Origin: Polyangiales bacterium
GTDB lineage: Bacteria; Myxococcota_A; Polyangia; Polyangiales; Houyiibacteriaceae
DNA: 64,000 nt
Assembly: GCA_045106895.1 (NCBI GenBank)
Contig: JBGCFM010000049.1
Coordinates: 32,495 to 96,494, forward strand
Reading direction: 5' to 3'
The notes beneath the pieces are model-generated. The model saw nothing but the letters and a program-made list of their open reading frames with translations, made no database searches and was not told where the DNA came from. The position numbers and the translations under genes were made by a program. Position 1 is the stretch's first letter. Every line of letters begins with the position of its first letter. Shown here piece by piece: positions 38,060 to 46,975 of the stretch.

Positions 38060-39306
38060 CAGGAACTTCCTTCTTCGATGGCTTGTCGGGTTTCGGCGAG
38101 GTTGGTGAGGCCCGGGCGCGGCGCTCCGACGAGGCAGCTCACGGTGCCGAGGATTCGGTTTTCGTACATCGCTTGGTGCGCGGCGGGAACGTCGTTCCAT
38201 TCGAAGTACTCGGTCATCACAGGCTTGACGAGCCCTTGCTCGATGAGACGGTTCGCGCGCCTGGAACTGTCTGCATCGGCGAAATGCGAGCCGATGATGC
38301 GCTTCTGACGCATCCACAGGTGCCGCACATCGAAGGTCAGGTCGTAGCCCGTCGTCGCACCGCAGATGACGATTCGTCCATGCTTCGCCGCGAGCCAAAC
38401 GCTGGCCGGAAACGTCGAACGCCCGACGTGTTCGAAAACGACCTCTACGGACTTCTTCTCGCCCAGGAGCTCCCAGATGCGTTTCCCAAAGGCGCGCATC
38501 GCTTTGCCGCGTTTTGCCTTCTGGGCTTCGTCTTCGCCGGGGGAGTATTGAAGGTCCGGGAAGTCTTTTCGGTTGATGACTCCATCGGCGCCAAGGCTCA
38601 GCGCCAAGGCTGCTTTTTCTTCGCTGGAAACCACCGCGATGGCTCGGCATCCGGCGGCTTTGCAGAGCTGAACCGCGAAGACTCCCAGTCCGCCGGCGCC
38701 GCCCCAAACGAGAACGTCTTCACCAGGCTGGATGGCGGCCCTGTCGATGAGCATGCGGTGCGCCGTGAAGTAGACGAGGCCATAGCTCGCCGCTTCTTCC
38801 CACGTCAGCTGCTCGGGCTTTCGCAAAAGCTGCTGAGCCTGCACGCGGCAGTACTGCGCCATGCTGCCGTCCGGCGTCTCGTAGCCCCAGATGGTCTGAC
38901 GGTCCGACGCACCGGGTTCGACCAGGTGATTGCAGTGCGCGACGACCTCGTCGCCCACCTTCCAGTCGACAACCGCGCTGCCGACGGCCCACACGACGCC
39001 AGCGACGTCCGAGCCGGGCACGTGGTGGTCAAGACCATGGGCCTTGAGGATGTCGACGGGCTGACCAAGACCTGCCCAGATGCCGTTGTAGTTCACGCCA
39101 GCAGCCATCACGAGAACGAGGACCTCATCGGCTCCGATCTCCCAGACGGGCAGCGTCTCGCGTTGAAAAGACTCGGCCGGGGGACCGAAGCGGTCGGGCC
39201 GAATCACGTAGGCCTGCATCTGGCGCGGGATGACACCGAGAGGCGGGAGCTTTCCGACGGGAACAGACAGGATCGACGACTCGAGGGGGGGCTTGCTGTC
39301 TCTCAT
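38059..39306 (-). CDS. ccr: Crotonyl-CoA carboxylase/reductase
   Basis: MAAGVNYNGIWA, IWGYETPDGS.AQ, WGGAGGLG, LWMRQKRIIGSHFA. Confidence 0.93.
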   Translation of the reverse strand: MRDSKPPLESSILSVPVGKLPPLGVIPRQMQAYVIRPDRFGPPAESFQRETLPVWEIGADEVLVLVMAAGVNYNGIWAGLGQPVDILKAHGLDHHVPGSDVAGVVWAVGSAVVDWKVGDEVVAHCNHLVEPGASDRQTIWGYETPDGSMAQYCRVQAQQLLRKPEQLTWEEAASYGLVYFTAHRMLIDRAAIQPGEDVLVWGGAGGLGVFAVQLCKAAGCRAIAVVSSEEKAALALSLGADGVINRKDFPDLQYSPGEDEAQKAKRGKAMRAFGKRIWELLGEKKSVEVVFEHVGRSTFPASVWLAAKHGRIVICGATTGYDLTFDVRHLWMRQKRIIGSHFADADSSRRANRLIEQGLVKPVMTEYFEWNDVPAAHQAMYENRILGTVSCLVGAPRPGLTNLAETRQAIEEGSS

Positions 39307-39307
39307 C

Positions 39308-40282
39308 CTAAGACTCTCTCTTTACGTTAGTGGTCTGGCCGATGGGTGGCGTCTCGTGGCGTATTCTCTCCAGGAAACGCTGCCCCAGATGGTGGATAGC
39401 AGGAATCGAGGGAGTTTCGCGGAGGCACGTCTCGATGTCGTGCTTTACAACGTCTTCACCACCCAAAATCCGCACGCCGTAGGCACCGAACTCGGTGCGA
39501 AACTGTCGGAAAATCCAGGCTAGCTCGCCGCGAAGCCGCGCTGCGGCGAAGGGTGCACGGTCCACGTTCAGCAGCGACTCGACAAGATCGTCGATGCCTG
39601 TGCCTTCTGTGGCGCTCACGCGGACAACTGGCGTCATCGTGCTCCGCTCGAGTTCCCGCGCGCTCCGCTCCGCGCTCTCGCCGAGGTCGGACTTGTTCAC
39701 AACCAGGAGATCCGGGATCTCCATAATACCGGCTTTGATGCCTTGGAGGGCGTCGCCGCTTCCGGGTTGGGCGACGACAAGCACCACGTCGGCGACATCT
39801 CGGACATCCAGTTCTGTCTGACCCACACCGGTGGTCTCGACGAGGACCACATCGAAGGCACATCCAAGAACGCGCACGGCGGCGGGGACGGCGTTCGACA
39901 ATCCGCCGAGCGCGCCCCCCGTCGCGATGGAGCGAGCGAAGAGCCCCTCGTCGGCGGGGTCCCACGCGGTTCGAATTCGGTCGCCGAGGAGCGAGCCACC
40001 CGTGCGCGCGCTCGAGGGATCGACGGCGACGAGGGCAACACGAAGTTCACGCCGCCGAAGTTCCGTCGCGACCACCCCACACAACGTGCTCTTGCCAGCG
40101 CCGGGCGGGCCGGTCACTCCGATTCGCAGGGCCTTGTCATCGTCGTGCCGCAACGCGGAGAGAAGTCGCTGGACGCTTGCTTTGGCGTCTTGTCGGACGT
40201 TCTCGACAAGGTTTAGTGCCTCCGCCACGGCCTTGCGATTCCCGGCCCGCACGTGCTCCGCTAAGTGCTCGCCCGCGTTCAT
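39308..40282 (-). CDS. meaB: MeaB/ArgK-family GTPase chaperone for B12-dependent mutase
   Basis: GPPGAGKST, VDPSS..TGGSLLGDRIR, ET.GVGQ.E, NKSD. Confidence 0.93.
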   Translation of the reverse strand: MNAGEHLAEHVRAGNRKAVAEALNLVENVRQDAKASVQRLLSALRHDDDKALRIGVTGPPGAGKSTLCGVVATELRRRELRVALVAVDPSSARTGGSLLGDRIRTAWDPADEGLFARSIATGGALGGLSNAVPAAVRVLGCAFDVVLVETTGVGQTELDVRDVADVVLVVAQPGSGDALQGIKAGIMEIPDLLVVNKSDLGESAERSARELERSTMTPVVRVSATEGTGIDDLVESLLNVDRAPFAAARLRGELAWIFRQFRTEFGAYGVRILGGEDVVKHDIETCLRETPSIPAIHHLGQRFLERIRHETPPIGQTTNVKRES

Positions 40283-42261
40283 GAGGGCAAGGAGGACTCG
40301 CGAATGACTTCCGCGAGGCCGCCCATGATCTCCCGAAGGTCAAAGTCTCGAGGCGTGTAGACCCGGGCGACGCCGCGCTCCAAGAGCAAGGCTTGGTCCG
40401 CCGCAGGAATGATCCCGCCCACCACAAGGGGAACGTCCACGGAGCGCTCCTTCATGGCTTCGATGACCGCCGTGACCAGGTCGAGGTGCGAGCCGCTCAG
40501 CACGGACAAACCGATGAGGTGAACACCTTCGTCGAGGGCCGTCGCGGCGATGCGCTCGGGTGTGCAACGGATGCCTTCGTAGACCACGTCAAAGCCTGCG
40601 TCTTTGGCATGGATGGCGATCTGTTCGGCTCCGTTGGAGTGGCCGTCGAGTCCCGGCTTGCCCACGAGGATCTTCGGCCGGCGACCTAGTTGTGCGCTTA
40701 GCTCTTCCACGGCCTGGCGAACGTTGGCCATGGCGTCTCCCTCGCTCTTCCGGAGTCGTACGTCGGCGGCGATCCCGGTGGGGGCGCGGTACTCGCCGAA
40801 CACGCCACGGAGTGTTGCCGCCCATTCGCCCGTCGTCACACCAGCGCGCGCCGCGGTGATGGAAGCTTGCGTGAGGTTCTCTTCGGAACGCGCGGCGGCT
40901 TCGAGGGCTTTGAGGGCGGCGTCGACGGCGTCTGCGTCCCGCGCGCTGCGCCACGCCTTGAGTGCTTCTTGGGCTTGCGCTTCCACCGCAGGGTCGACGC
41001 TCATGATGGCTTCTTCGAGGTCCTCGACGAGCGGAGAGGCTTCGCCGCCGACGAAGGTGTTGACGCCCACGACGCTCTGCTCGCCGGACTCGATTCTTAC
41101 GACGCGCGCGGCAGCAGACTGAACGAGGGCACCTTTGATGCTGCCATTCTCAACGGCGGCGACGGCGCCACCGGCGGCGAGAATCTCTTCGACCATCGCC
41201 CATGCTTCGTTCTCGATTTCCGTGGTCTTCGATTCGACGGCCACAGAGCCCGTGAAGAGGTCCCCATACTCTAGGAGGTCGGTCTCCATGGCGAGGACCT
41301 GCTGCGCGCGAAGGGACCACTGCTGGTCCCAGGGGCGCGGCAAGCCGAGGGCTTCATTCCACGCGGGTAGCTGAACTGCACGTGCACGTGCGTCTTTGCT
41401 CAGCGTGACCGCGAGCATCTCGAGGACGATGCGCACGATGTTGTTCTCGGGTTGCTGTTCCGTGAGGCCCAGCGAGTTCACCTGAACGCCGTAGCGAAAG
41501 CGGCGCATGGCTGGGTCTTCGATCCCGTAGCGCTCTTTTGTGACGCGATCCCAGAGGTTGACGAACGCGCGCATCTTGCAGAGCTCTTCGACGAAACGAA
41601 TGCCCGCGTTGACGAAGAAACTGATGCGTCCGACGACGCGCGGAAAGAGCTCCGCCGGGACTTCGCTACGAACCGAATCGAGGACGCTGATGGCCGTCGC
41701 CAGCGCGTATGCGAGCTCCTGGACCGGCGTCGCCCCGGCCTCTTGGAGGTGGTAACTGCAGATGTTGATAGGGTTCCACTTCGGCAGCTTCGTGACGGCG
41801 AAGGAGATGAGGTCGCGCGTGAGGCGCATCGACGGCCCAGGGGGGAACGCGTAGGTGCCCCGCGAGAGGTACTCTTTGACGATGTCGTTTTGCGTGGTCC
41901 CGCGCAGGCCGCTCAGGTCCGCGCCCTGTTCTTCGGCGTTCGCGACGTAGAGCGCGAAGAGCCACATGGCCGTCGCGTTGATCGTCATCGAGGTGTTCAT
42001 CTTGGACGGGTCGAGGCCGTCCATCAGCGCTCTCATATCGCCGAGGTGTGCGACGGGCACGCCTACCTTGCCGACTTCGCCGCGTGCGAGTGGATGGTCG
42101 GCGTCATAGCCGGTCTGCGTGGGCAGATCGAAGGCGATGCTGAGCCCGCTTTGGCCCTTCGCGAGGTTGCTTCGGTACAGCTCGTTGGACGCTTTAGCGG
42201 TGCTGTGACCCGCGTAGGTCCTCATGATCCAAGGACGGTCTCGCGGCTTTACCTCAGTCAT
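40279..42261 (-). CDS. ecm: Ethylmalonyl-CoA mutase (MeaA)
   Basis: PWIMRTYAGHS, NICSYHLQEAGA, YGVQVNSLGLTEQQPENN, B12-binding GLDGHSNGAEQI. Confidence 0.93.
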   Translation of the reverse strand: MTEVKPRDRPWIMRTYAGHSTAKASNELYRSNLAKGQSGLSIAFDLPTQTGYDADHPLARGEVGKVGVPVAHLGDMRALMDGLDPSKMNTSMTINATAMWLFALYVANAEEQGADLSGLRGTTQNDIVKEYLSRGTYAFPPGPSMRLTRDLISFAVTKLPKWNPINICSYHLQEAGATPVQELAYALATAISVLDSVRSEVPAELFPRVVGRISFFVNAGIRFVEELCKMRAFVNLWDRVTKERYGIEDPAMRRFRYGVQVNSLGLTEQQPENNIVRIVLEMLAVTLSKDARARAVQLPAWNEALGLPRPWDQQWSLRAQQVLAMETDLLEYGDLFTGSVAVESKTTEIENEAWAMVEEILAAGGAVAAVENGSIKGALVQSAAARVVRIESGEQSVVGVNTFVGGEASPLVEDLEEAIMSVDPAVEAQAQEALKAWRSARDADAVDAALKALEAAARSEENLTQASITAARAGVTTGEWAATLRGVFGEYRAPTGIAADVRLRKSEGDAMANVRQAVEELSAQLGRRPKILVGKPGLDGHSNGAEQIAIHAKDAGFDVVYEGIRCTPERIAATALDEGVHLIGLSVLSGSHLDLVTAVIEAMKERSVDVPLVVGGIIPAADQALLLERGVARVYTPRDFDLREIMGGLAEVIRESSLPS

Positions 42262-42322
42262 GGACGAAGTCTAGATCCGGCACCTGGCGGAGCAAAGGCA
42301 TTTACCCAATTTGGTGGAAAGC

Positions 42323-42354
42323 AAAAAAAACGCCGATGCGTGAGCACCGGCGTT
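42323..42354 (-). terminator. Rho-independent terminator of the DEAD-box helicase gene
   Basis: Minus strand CGCCGGTGC-TCAC-GCATCGGCG followed by T8. Confidence 0.8.
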
Positions 42355-42372
42355 CCTTTCGAAAACAAGGGG

Positions 42373-44451
42373 TCAGTTGCCCTTTGCAACCTCGACCTTG
42401 ATCAACCGGCCGTCGACTTCGATGTCGATGAGTGCAGCCAAAACTGCCTCCACTTTGTCTTCCGGGACGCTCACAAAGCTGTGCTTGTCGCGAAGTCGAA
42501 TGCGACCCACTTCGTCTCGCGTGAGACCGGCATCTTCCTGGAACATCTCGTTCAAGTCGCCGACGCGCATGTTGTCCTTACGACCAAGGTTCACGTAGAG
42601 GCGGGTGAACCCTTCTTCCTCTTCGCGTCGCCGACGAGGCTCTTCGCTTGGCTTCTCGGTCTTCTCAGTCTCGGGGGCGACTGCCGGCACTGCTTCGACG
42701 GCCTTTGGCTCCACTTTCGCTTCCGGCGCTTTCGACTCCGGCGCGGATTCGACCTTCGCTTCTGGAGCCTTCGCTTCTGGAGCCTTTTCAGCGTTCACGG
42801 AAGCTGTCTGCGCATCTTCTTGCGACTCGCGTGGCGCTCGTGCTTCGCGGCGGGCGGATCGTTCTTCACGACGCGCCGCGCGCTCTTCGCGCGTTCGCCG
42901 TGGTCGTTCCTTTCGGGCTTCGCGCTTTTCGCCGCTGCCGTCGACCTGCTTTTCGGCGCTGCTGTCCGGAAGCTTCTCACTGCGCTCCTCACGCTTCTCC
43001 CGAGGTTCGCGCTTCCCGCGTGCTTCGCGCTTCTCGCGTGGTTCACGCTTCTCGCGCTTTTCACCGCGCGCTTCGCGCTTCGCTGGACGTGGCTTTCGTT
43101 CGCGACGTGCGGCGGCGGCCTCAGCGTCCGGGTCTGCCTTGGTGCCGAAGAACGACCCGACGAAGCCCGCGAGAATACGCTCTGCGTCCGCGTGCGTAAG
43201 CAAGCGCTTTGCGACGGCGAGATCCGTGTCCGAAGCTGGGTGCGTTCCAAGAGCTGCCTTGAGCATCTCCACGCGGTCGGTCTCTTGACGTGTCTTTTCT
43301 TCGCCCACGGAAGGGAGCGAGCGCTCGATGGGAAAGATCGAGTACTGAAGGCGCAGGTAGTAGAGGGTGCCCAGCTCTTGTGGAGCCACGAGGGACATCG
43401 CCGTGCCGGTTCGGCCGGCGCGACCGGTTCGTCCCGTGCGGTGGACGTACTGCTCGATGTTGACGGGCAGCGCGAAGTTGATCACGTGGGTGACATGGGA
43501 GATGTCGATTCCGCGTGCTGCGACGTCGGTGGCGACGAGGAAACGAAGCTCGCCGTCGCGAGTGCTCTTCATCACGCGTTCGCGATCGTTCTGCGCCAGG
43601 TCACCGTTGAGCCAAGCGGCGCTGTAGCCAGCCTTTTGCAGGTAGGCGGCGACCTGTTCCGTCTCGGCCTTTGTGTTGCAGAAGATGATGCCCGACTCTG
43701 GGTCTTCGTTTTCGATGATCTTGACGAGGTCGCGGGCTCGGCCGGCTCCCGTCACCATGTAAACGTAGTGGGTCACGCCGAGGGCGCCGACGGCGTCCCC
43801 GGAGAGCTGGAGATGAACAGGGTCGGTCATATGACGTTCGCCCATACGCTGGACGGGTCCGTCGACGGTGGCGCTGTAAAGAAGCGTCTGACGCTCCTTC
43901 GGCAGCAGATCCATAATGGCGTGGAGCTCCTTCGCGAAGCCCATGGAGAGCATCTCGTCGGCTTCGTCGAGGACCAAGACCTTGAGGCCTTCGGCGTTGA
44001 GCGTGCCGCGCTTCAAGTGGTCGAGAACGCGGCCCGGCGTACCGGACACGATCTGAGCGCCATCGGCCAAAGCGCGAACCTGCTTCTCGATGGGCGCGCC
44101 GCCGTAGACGGCGGTGGTGGCGATGTTGCGGTACTGACCGAGGCGGGAGATCTCGCGCGCCGACTGGAGAGCAAGCTCGCGGGTAGGGGCAAGGATGAGC
44201 GCCTGGACCTTCGGCTCTTCGGAGACTCGGGAGTCCACGAGGGGCAGACCGAAGGCCGCGGTCTTGCCGGTGCCCGTGCGCGACTGAACGATGAGGTCGC
44301 GGCCGTCGGAGCTCGGCTTGAACGACTGAAACTGACAAGGCGTCGGTGTGTCCCAGCCGATCTCTTCGATGGCTTTGAGGATGGGCGCGCTCAAGTTCAT
44401 CGCGCTGAAGGTAAGTTCCTGTTCTTCAGGAGTCTCTGTTGTCGTAGTCAT
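42373..44451 (-). CDS. deaD: DEAD-box RNA helicase, DeaD/CsdA-like, with DbpA RNA-binding domain
   Basis: Q motif, TGTGKT, PTRELA, DEAD, SAT, ARGID, HRTGRTGRAG; C-terminal RLYVNLGRKD domain. Confidence 0.88.
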   Translation of the reverse strand: MTTTTETPEEQELTFSAMNLSAPILKAIEEIGWDTPTPCQFQSFKPSSDGRDLIVQSRTGTGKTAAFGLPLVDSRVSEEPKVQALILAPTRELALQSAREISRLGQYRNIATTAVYGGAPIEKQVRALADGAQIVSGTPGRVLDHLKRGTLNAEGLKVLVLDEADEMLSMGFAKELHAIMDLLPKERQTLLYSATVDGPVQRMGERHMTDPVHLQLSGDAVGALGVTHYVYMVTGAGRARDLVKIIENEDPESGIIFCNTKAETEQVAAYLQKAGYSAAWLNGDLAQNDRERVMKSTRDGELRFLVATDVAARGIDISHVTHVINFALPVNIEQYVHRTGRTGRAGRTGTAMSLVAPQELGTLYYLRLQYSIFPIERSLPSVGEEKTRQETDRVEMLKAALGTHPASDTDLAVAKRLLTHADAERILAGFVGSFFGTKADPDAEAAAARRERKPRPAKREARGEKREKREPREKREARGKREPREKREERSEKLPDSSAEKQVDGSGEKREARKERPRRTREERAARREERSARREARAPRESQEDAQTASVNAEKAPEAKAPEAKVESAPESKAPEAKVEPKAVEAVPAVAPETEKTEKPSEEPRRRREEEEGFTRLYVNLGRKDNMRVGDLNEMFQEDAGLTRDEVGRIRLRDKHSFVSVPEDKVEAVLAALIDIEVDGRLIKVEVAKGN

Positions 44452-44452
44452 G

Positions 44453-44926
44453 CTATTCGTTTCGGTGCGAGAGGGCCGTCTCGGCCCTGTCGATGAGTAC
44501 GCGGTCTTCGCGAGCGAATCGGCGTAACGTGGCTTCGTACCGGTAGCGCAATCGCTCTACTTCTACGTAGGCCGGCGCGTCGCCACACCGGTCGTAGAGA
44601 GCGACGAAGGTCGCGTCCCAGTTATCAAAGAAGGATTGGATATCGGTCGCCTCAGCGCGCCCAATAATGGATTGCTCGCCTTCAGCGAGCATTGAAGTTT
44701 GAAGTGTGGAGAGTTCGTCGAGGCAGGCGCCGCCCGGGTCCGGGACCGTGCTCGTGGGAAAGAACACGCGTGGCAAGACCGTCGCGAAACCGACGACGAG
44801 CATGTAGATGAGCCCAACCCAGTAGACGCCGAGGGCGATCCGCCGGCCGAGCCGGCCAGCCCGGAGAATGGCCGCACGTCGCCGTGTTAGGGGCTTCTCG
44901 TCGCTCTTGTTCGCAGTTTCCGCCAT
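44453..44926 (-). CDS. Hypothetical membrane-anchored protein
   Basis: One TM (IALGVYWVGLIYMLVVGF) and a helical C-terminal domain; 1 bp from the helicase start. Confidence 0.65.
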   Translation of the reverse strand: MAETANKSDEKPLTRRRAAILRAGRLGRRIALGVYWVGLIYMLVVGFATVLPRVFFPTSTVPDPGGACLDELSTLQTSMLAEGEQSIIGRAEATDIQSFFDNWDATFVALYDRCGDAPAYVEVERLRYRYEATLRRFAREDRVLIDRAETALSHRNE

Positions 44927-45016
44927 GGGATAGGGCGTTCCGCGCCCGTGGCGGTGTAGTAAGGGCCCGGCGTAGGGTCAAGGCGCCGGCGTGTCTTGCC
45001 ACTTTCCTCAATGAAT

Positions 45017-45187
45017 TCAGGAGTTTTTGTCCGCCTCACGAAGCCGCTTTTCGCGCGCTTTCTTCTCTTTGTGTCGGCCGAAGACAATCAGCAGGGATGC
45101 GATGATAAAGACGAAGCCGCTGAATCCACAGCAGATCACATACCAGTAGAGGGTGATATTTCCGGTGCCCACGCCAGGCCTTAGCAT
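45017..45187 (-). CDS. Small single-TM protein (56 aa)
   Basis: ATG 45187 with GGCGAG upstream, 17 bp after the response regulator stop; MLRPGVGTGNITLYWYVICCGFSGFVFIIASLLIVFG followed by a basic tail. Confidence 0.55.
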   Translation of the reverse strand: MLRPGVGTGNITLYWYVICCGFSGFVFIIASLLIVFGRHKEKKAREKRLREADKNS

Positions 45188-45204
45188 GGACTCGCCGCTC
45201 GGCG

Positions 45205-45897
45205 TCAGGCGATAAGTTTGTAGCCGACGCCGTACACCGTGAGGATGTGCTTTGGTTTGTCCGGAGTCTTCTCGATCTTTTTGCGCAGCTTCACGATGAC
45301 GTTGTCCACGGTTCGCGTCGTCGAGTCCGCGTGAACGCCCCAAACGCGCTCCAGAATCTCTTCCCGCGTCACAGCTTGTCCCTGCCGTGACCAGAGCAGC
45401 TTCACGAGCTCAACTTCATGATGCGAGAGCGCCTCGGTGACGCCCTCGCGACGAACTTCTTGCGCCGTCGGGTCCACCACGGAGTCGCCCACAGCCATCG
45501 GGACGTCTGCGACGACACCTTGGCCCGCTCTCCGCAGCAGCGCGCGTACGCGGGCGACGAGCTCGTTCAAGCTGAAGGGCTTGGTGACGTAATCATCGGC
45601 GCCGGACTCGAGTCCACGCACCTTGTCTGCTTCCTGTGAGCGCGCCGTCAGCATGAGAATCGGAACGCGCGCATTCTCTCTGCGGACACGCTCGCACACT
45701 TGGTAGCCGTTCATGTCCGGCAACATCAGGTCGAGGATGATGCAGTCGGGTCGACTCGTCGCGCTTAGGTCAACAGCGGAGCGACCCTCGGTGGCGTGAA
45801 TCACTTGGAACCCTTCGAACTCCAACGTGTCGACGAGACCGAGCGCAAGAGCAGGGTCATCTTCGACGAGGAGGATTTTTGCCATCGGCTCCGACAT
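45205..45897 (-). CDS. OmpR/PhoB-family response regulator
   Basis: ILLVEDD, LDLMLP, GADDYVTKPF, winged helix TRTVDNVIVKLRKK..TVYGVGY. Confidence 0.95.
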   Translation of the reverse strand: MSEPMAKILLVEDDPALALGLVDTLEFEGFQVIHATEGRSAVDLSATSRPDCIILDLMLPDMNGYQVCERVRRENARVPILMLTARSQEADKVRGLESGADDYVTKPFSLNELVARVRALLRRAGQGVVADVPMAVGDSVVDPTAQEVRREGVTEALSHHEVELVKLLWSRQGQAVTREEILERVWGVHADSTTRTVDNVIVKLRKKIEKTPDKPKHILTVYGVGYKLIA

Positions 45898-46020
45898 CGA
45901 AGAAGCCTACACGACGCTCCCTCAGGGCGCCGGGGCTCTTCCATGGAGTGTACAATTTGTCGGGGTTTTTCGTTGCTTCATGAGGGCTTCACGAGGGCCC
46001 CGCGGCGCCTCCACAACTCT

Positions 46021-46893
46021 TCAGTCGCCCGCGACTTCGCTCCAACCCGCGTCGGTCCATTCCCAAACCTCGTCGTAGACTTCGTCGTCGCGTGTTGAAA
46101 CTTCGCGCTGTACTCGCTCTTCGCCTTCGTACGTCCATCGTTGGTCTGCCCGGCCGTCGCGATCAAGATCCAGACGTGCCCCGGTGATCATGCTCGAGCC
46201 TTCTTCTTGGTATAGGTCGACGTACCAAGGTACGCCGCCGCGAGCGTCACGCTCCAGGGGTACATCCAGGGAGCGGCCTTGTTGCGTGAGGAGCCAGATC
46301 TCTGCTTGGGACCGAACCCCTTCGGCGATCGCAGTCTCCGCCTCTTCTTCGCTTGGCGCGTTTTCGCCCGTTGCCGCGATGGCCGAGCCGATGGCTTGTT
46401 CGACATCCTCGGGGAGACCGACCCCGGCAGGCGCTTCCGCCGGCACCCACTCGTCGCCCTCGCGCATCTCGACGACGTCGTAGCGCCCGTCGTCCTCGCT
46501 AGAATGATGGCGGCGAATCCGGCCGTCCGTGAAGAACTCCCAACGCTCGTCGTATCGATCATCTCGGTCGAAGTCGACGAGGGCTTCGCTGAGCGCATCC
46601 AGGCCGTCCAGCTGTACGAGGTCCACGCGCCAGACGCGCCGCGCCTCCACATCTTCGAGACGTTCCGCGCCGATGTCCTCCCCGGCGCGCCCAAGCAGAT
46701 AGCCTTCGACTTCGGAGGCCGAACCGTTTCGATGAACGATGGCAAAGTAGAGCGCGACCCCCGCGATGAGGATCGCCAGGCCGTAGGGCCACTTTGCTTT
46801 CGGTTTGTGCGGTTTCGCGCTCGCCAAAGCAGCGTCGGTTTCGTCTTCTGCCACATCGTCTTCGGCGGCTTCGTTTTCCTCGGTCTCGCTCAT
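46021..46893 (-). CDS. Hypothetical membrane-anchored protein with an internally duplicated Asp-rich domain
   Basis: Acidic N-terminus, one TM, two copies of W.VDL.Q....D.DRD.R.D.RW....R..S..DD..YD. Confidence 0.7.
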   Translation of the reverse strand: MSETEENEAAEDDVAEDETDAALASAKPHKPKAKWPYGLAILIAGVALYFAIVHRNGSASEVEGYLLGRAGEDIGAERLEDVEARRVWRVDLVQLDGLDALSEALVDFDRDDRYDERWEFFTDGRIRRHHSSEDDGRYDVVEMREGDEWVPAEAPAGVGLPEDVEQAIGSAIAATGENAPSEEEAETAIAEGVRSQAEIWLLTQQGRSLDVPLERDARGGVPWYVDLYQEEGSSMITGARLDLDRDGRADQRWTYEGEERVQREVSTRDDEVYDEVWEWTDAGWSEVAGD

Positions 46894-46975
46894 CGCGCCA
46901 GAGCTTGGCGGACCTGGGGCTTTTCGCCAACCTCCCCGTGTTTTCAATAGGCGTCAGATTCGCTATGGAAGTGCC

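Noticed and set aside
38060..38707. 216-aa N-terminal extension of the acyl-CoA dehydrogenase in the ORF track
   Set aside because: Overlaps ccr in another frame; real start is the ATG at 38059 (TGATG coupling)
41452..44496. 1014-aa plus-strand ORF
   Set aside because: Antisense shadow of ecm and the DEAD-box helicase; no recognisable motifs; long shadow ORFs are expected at this GC content
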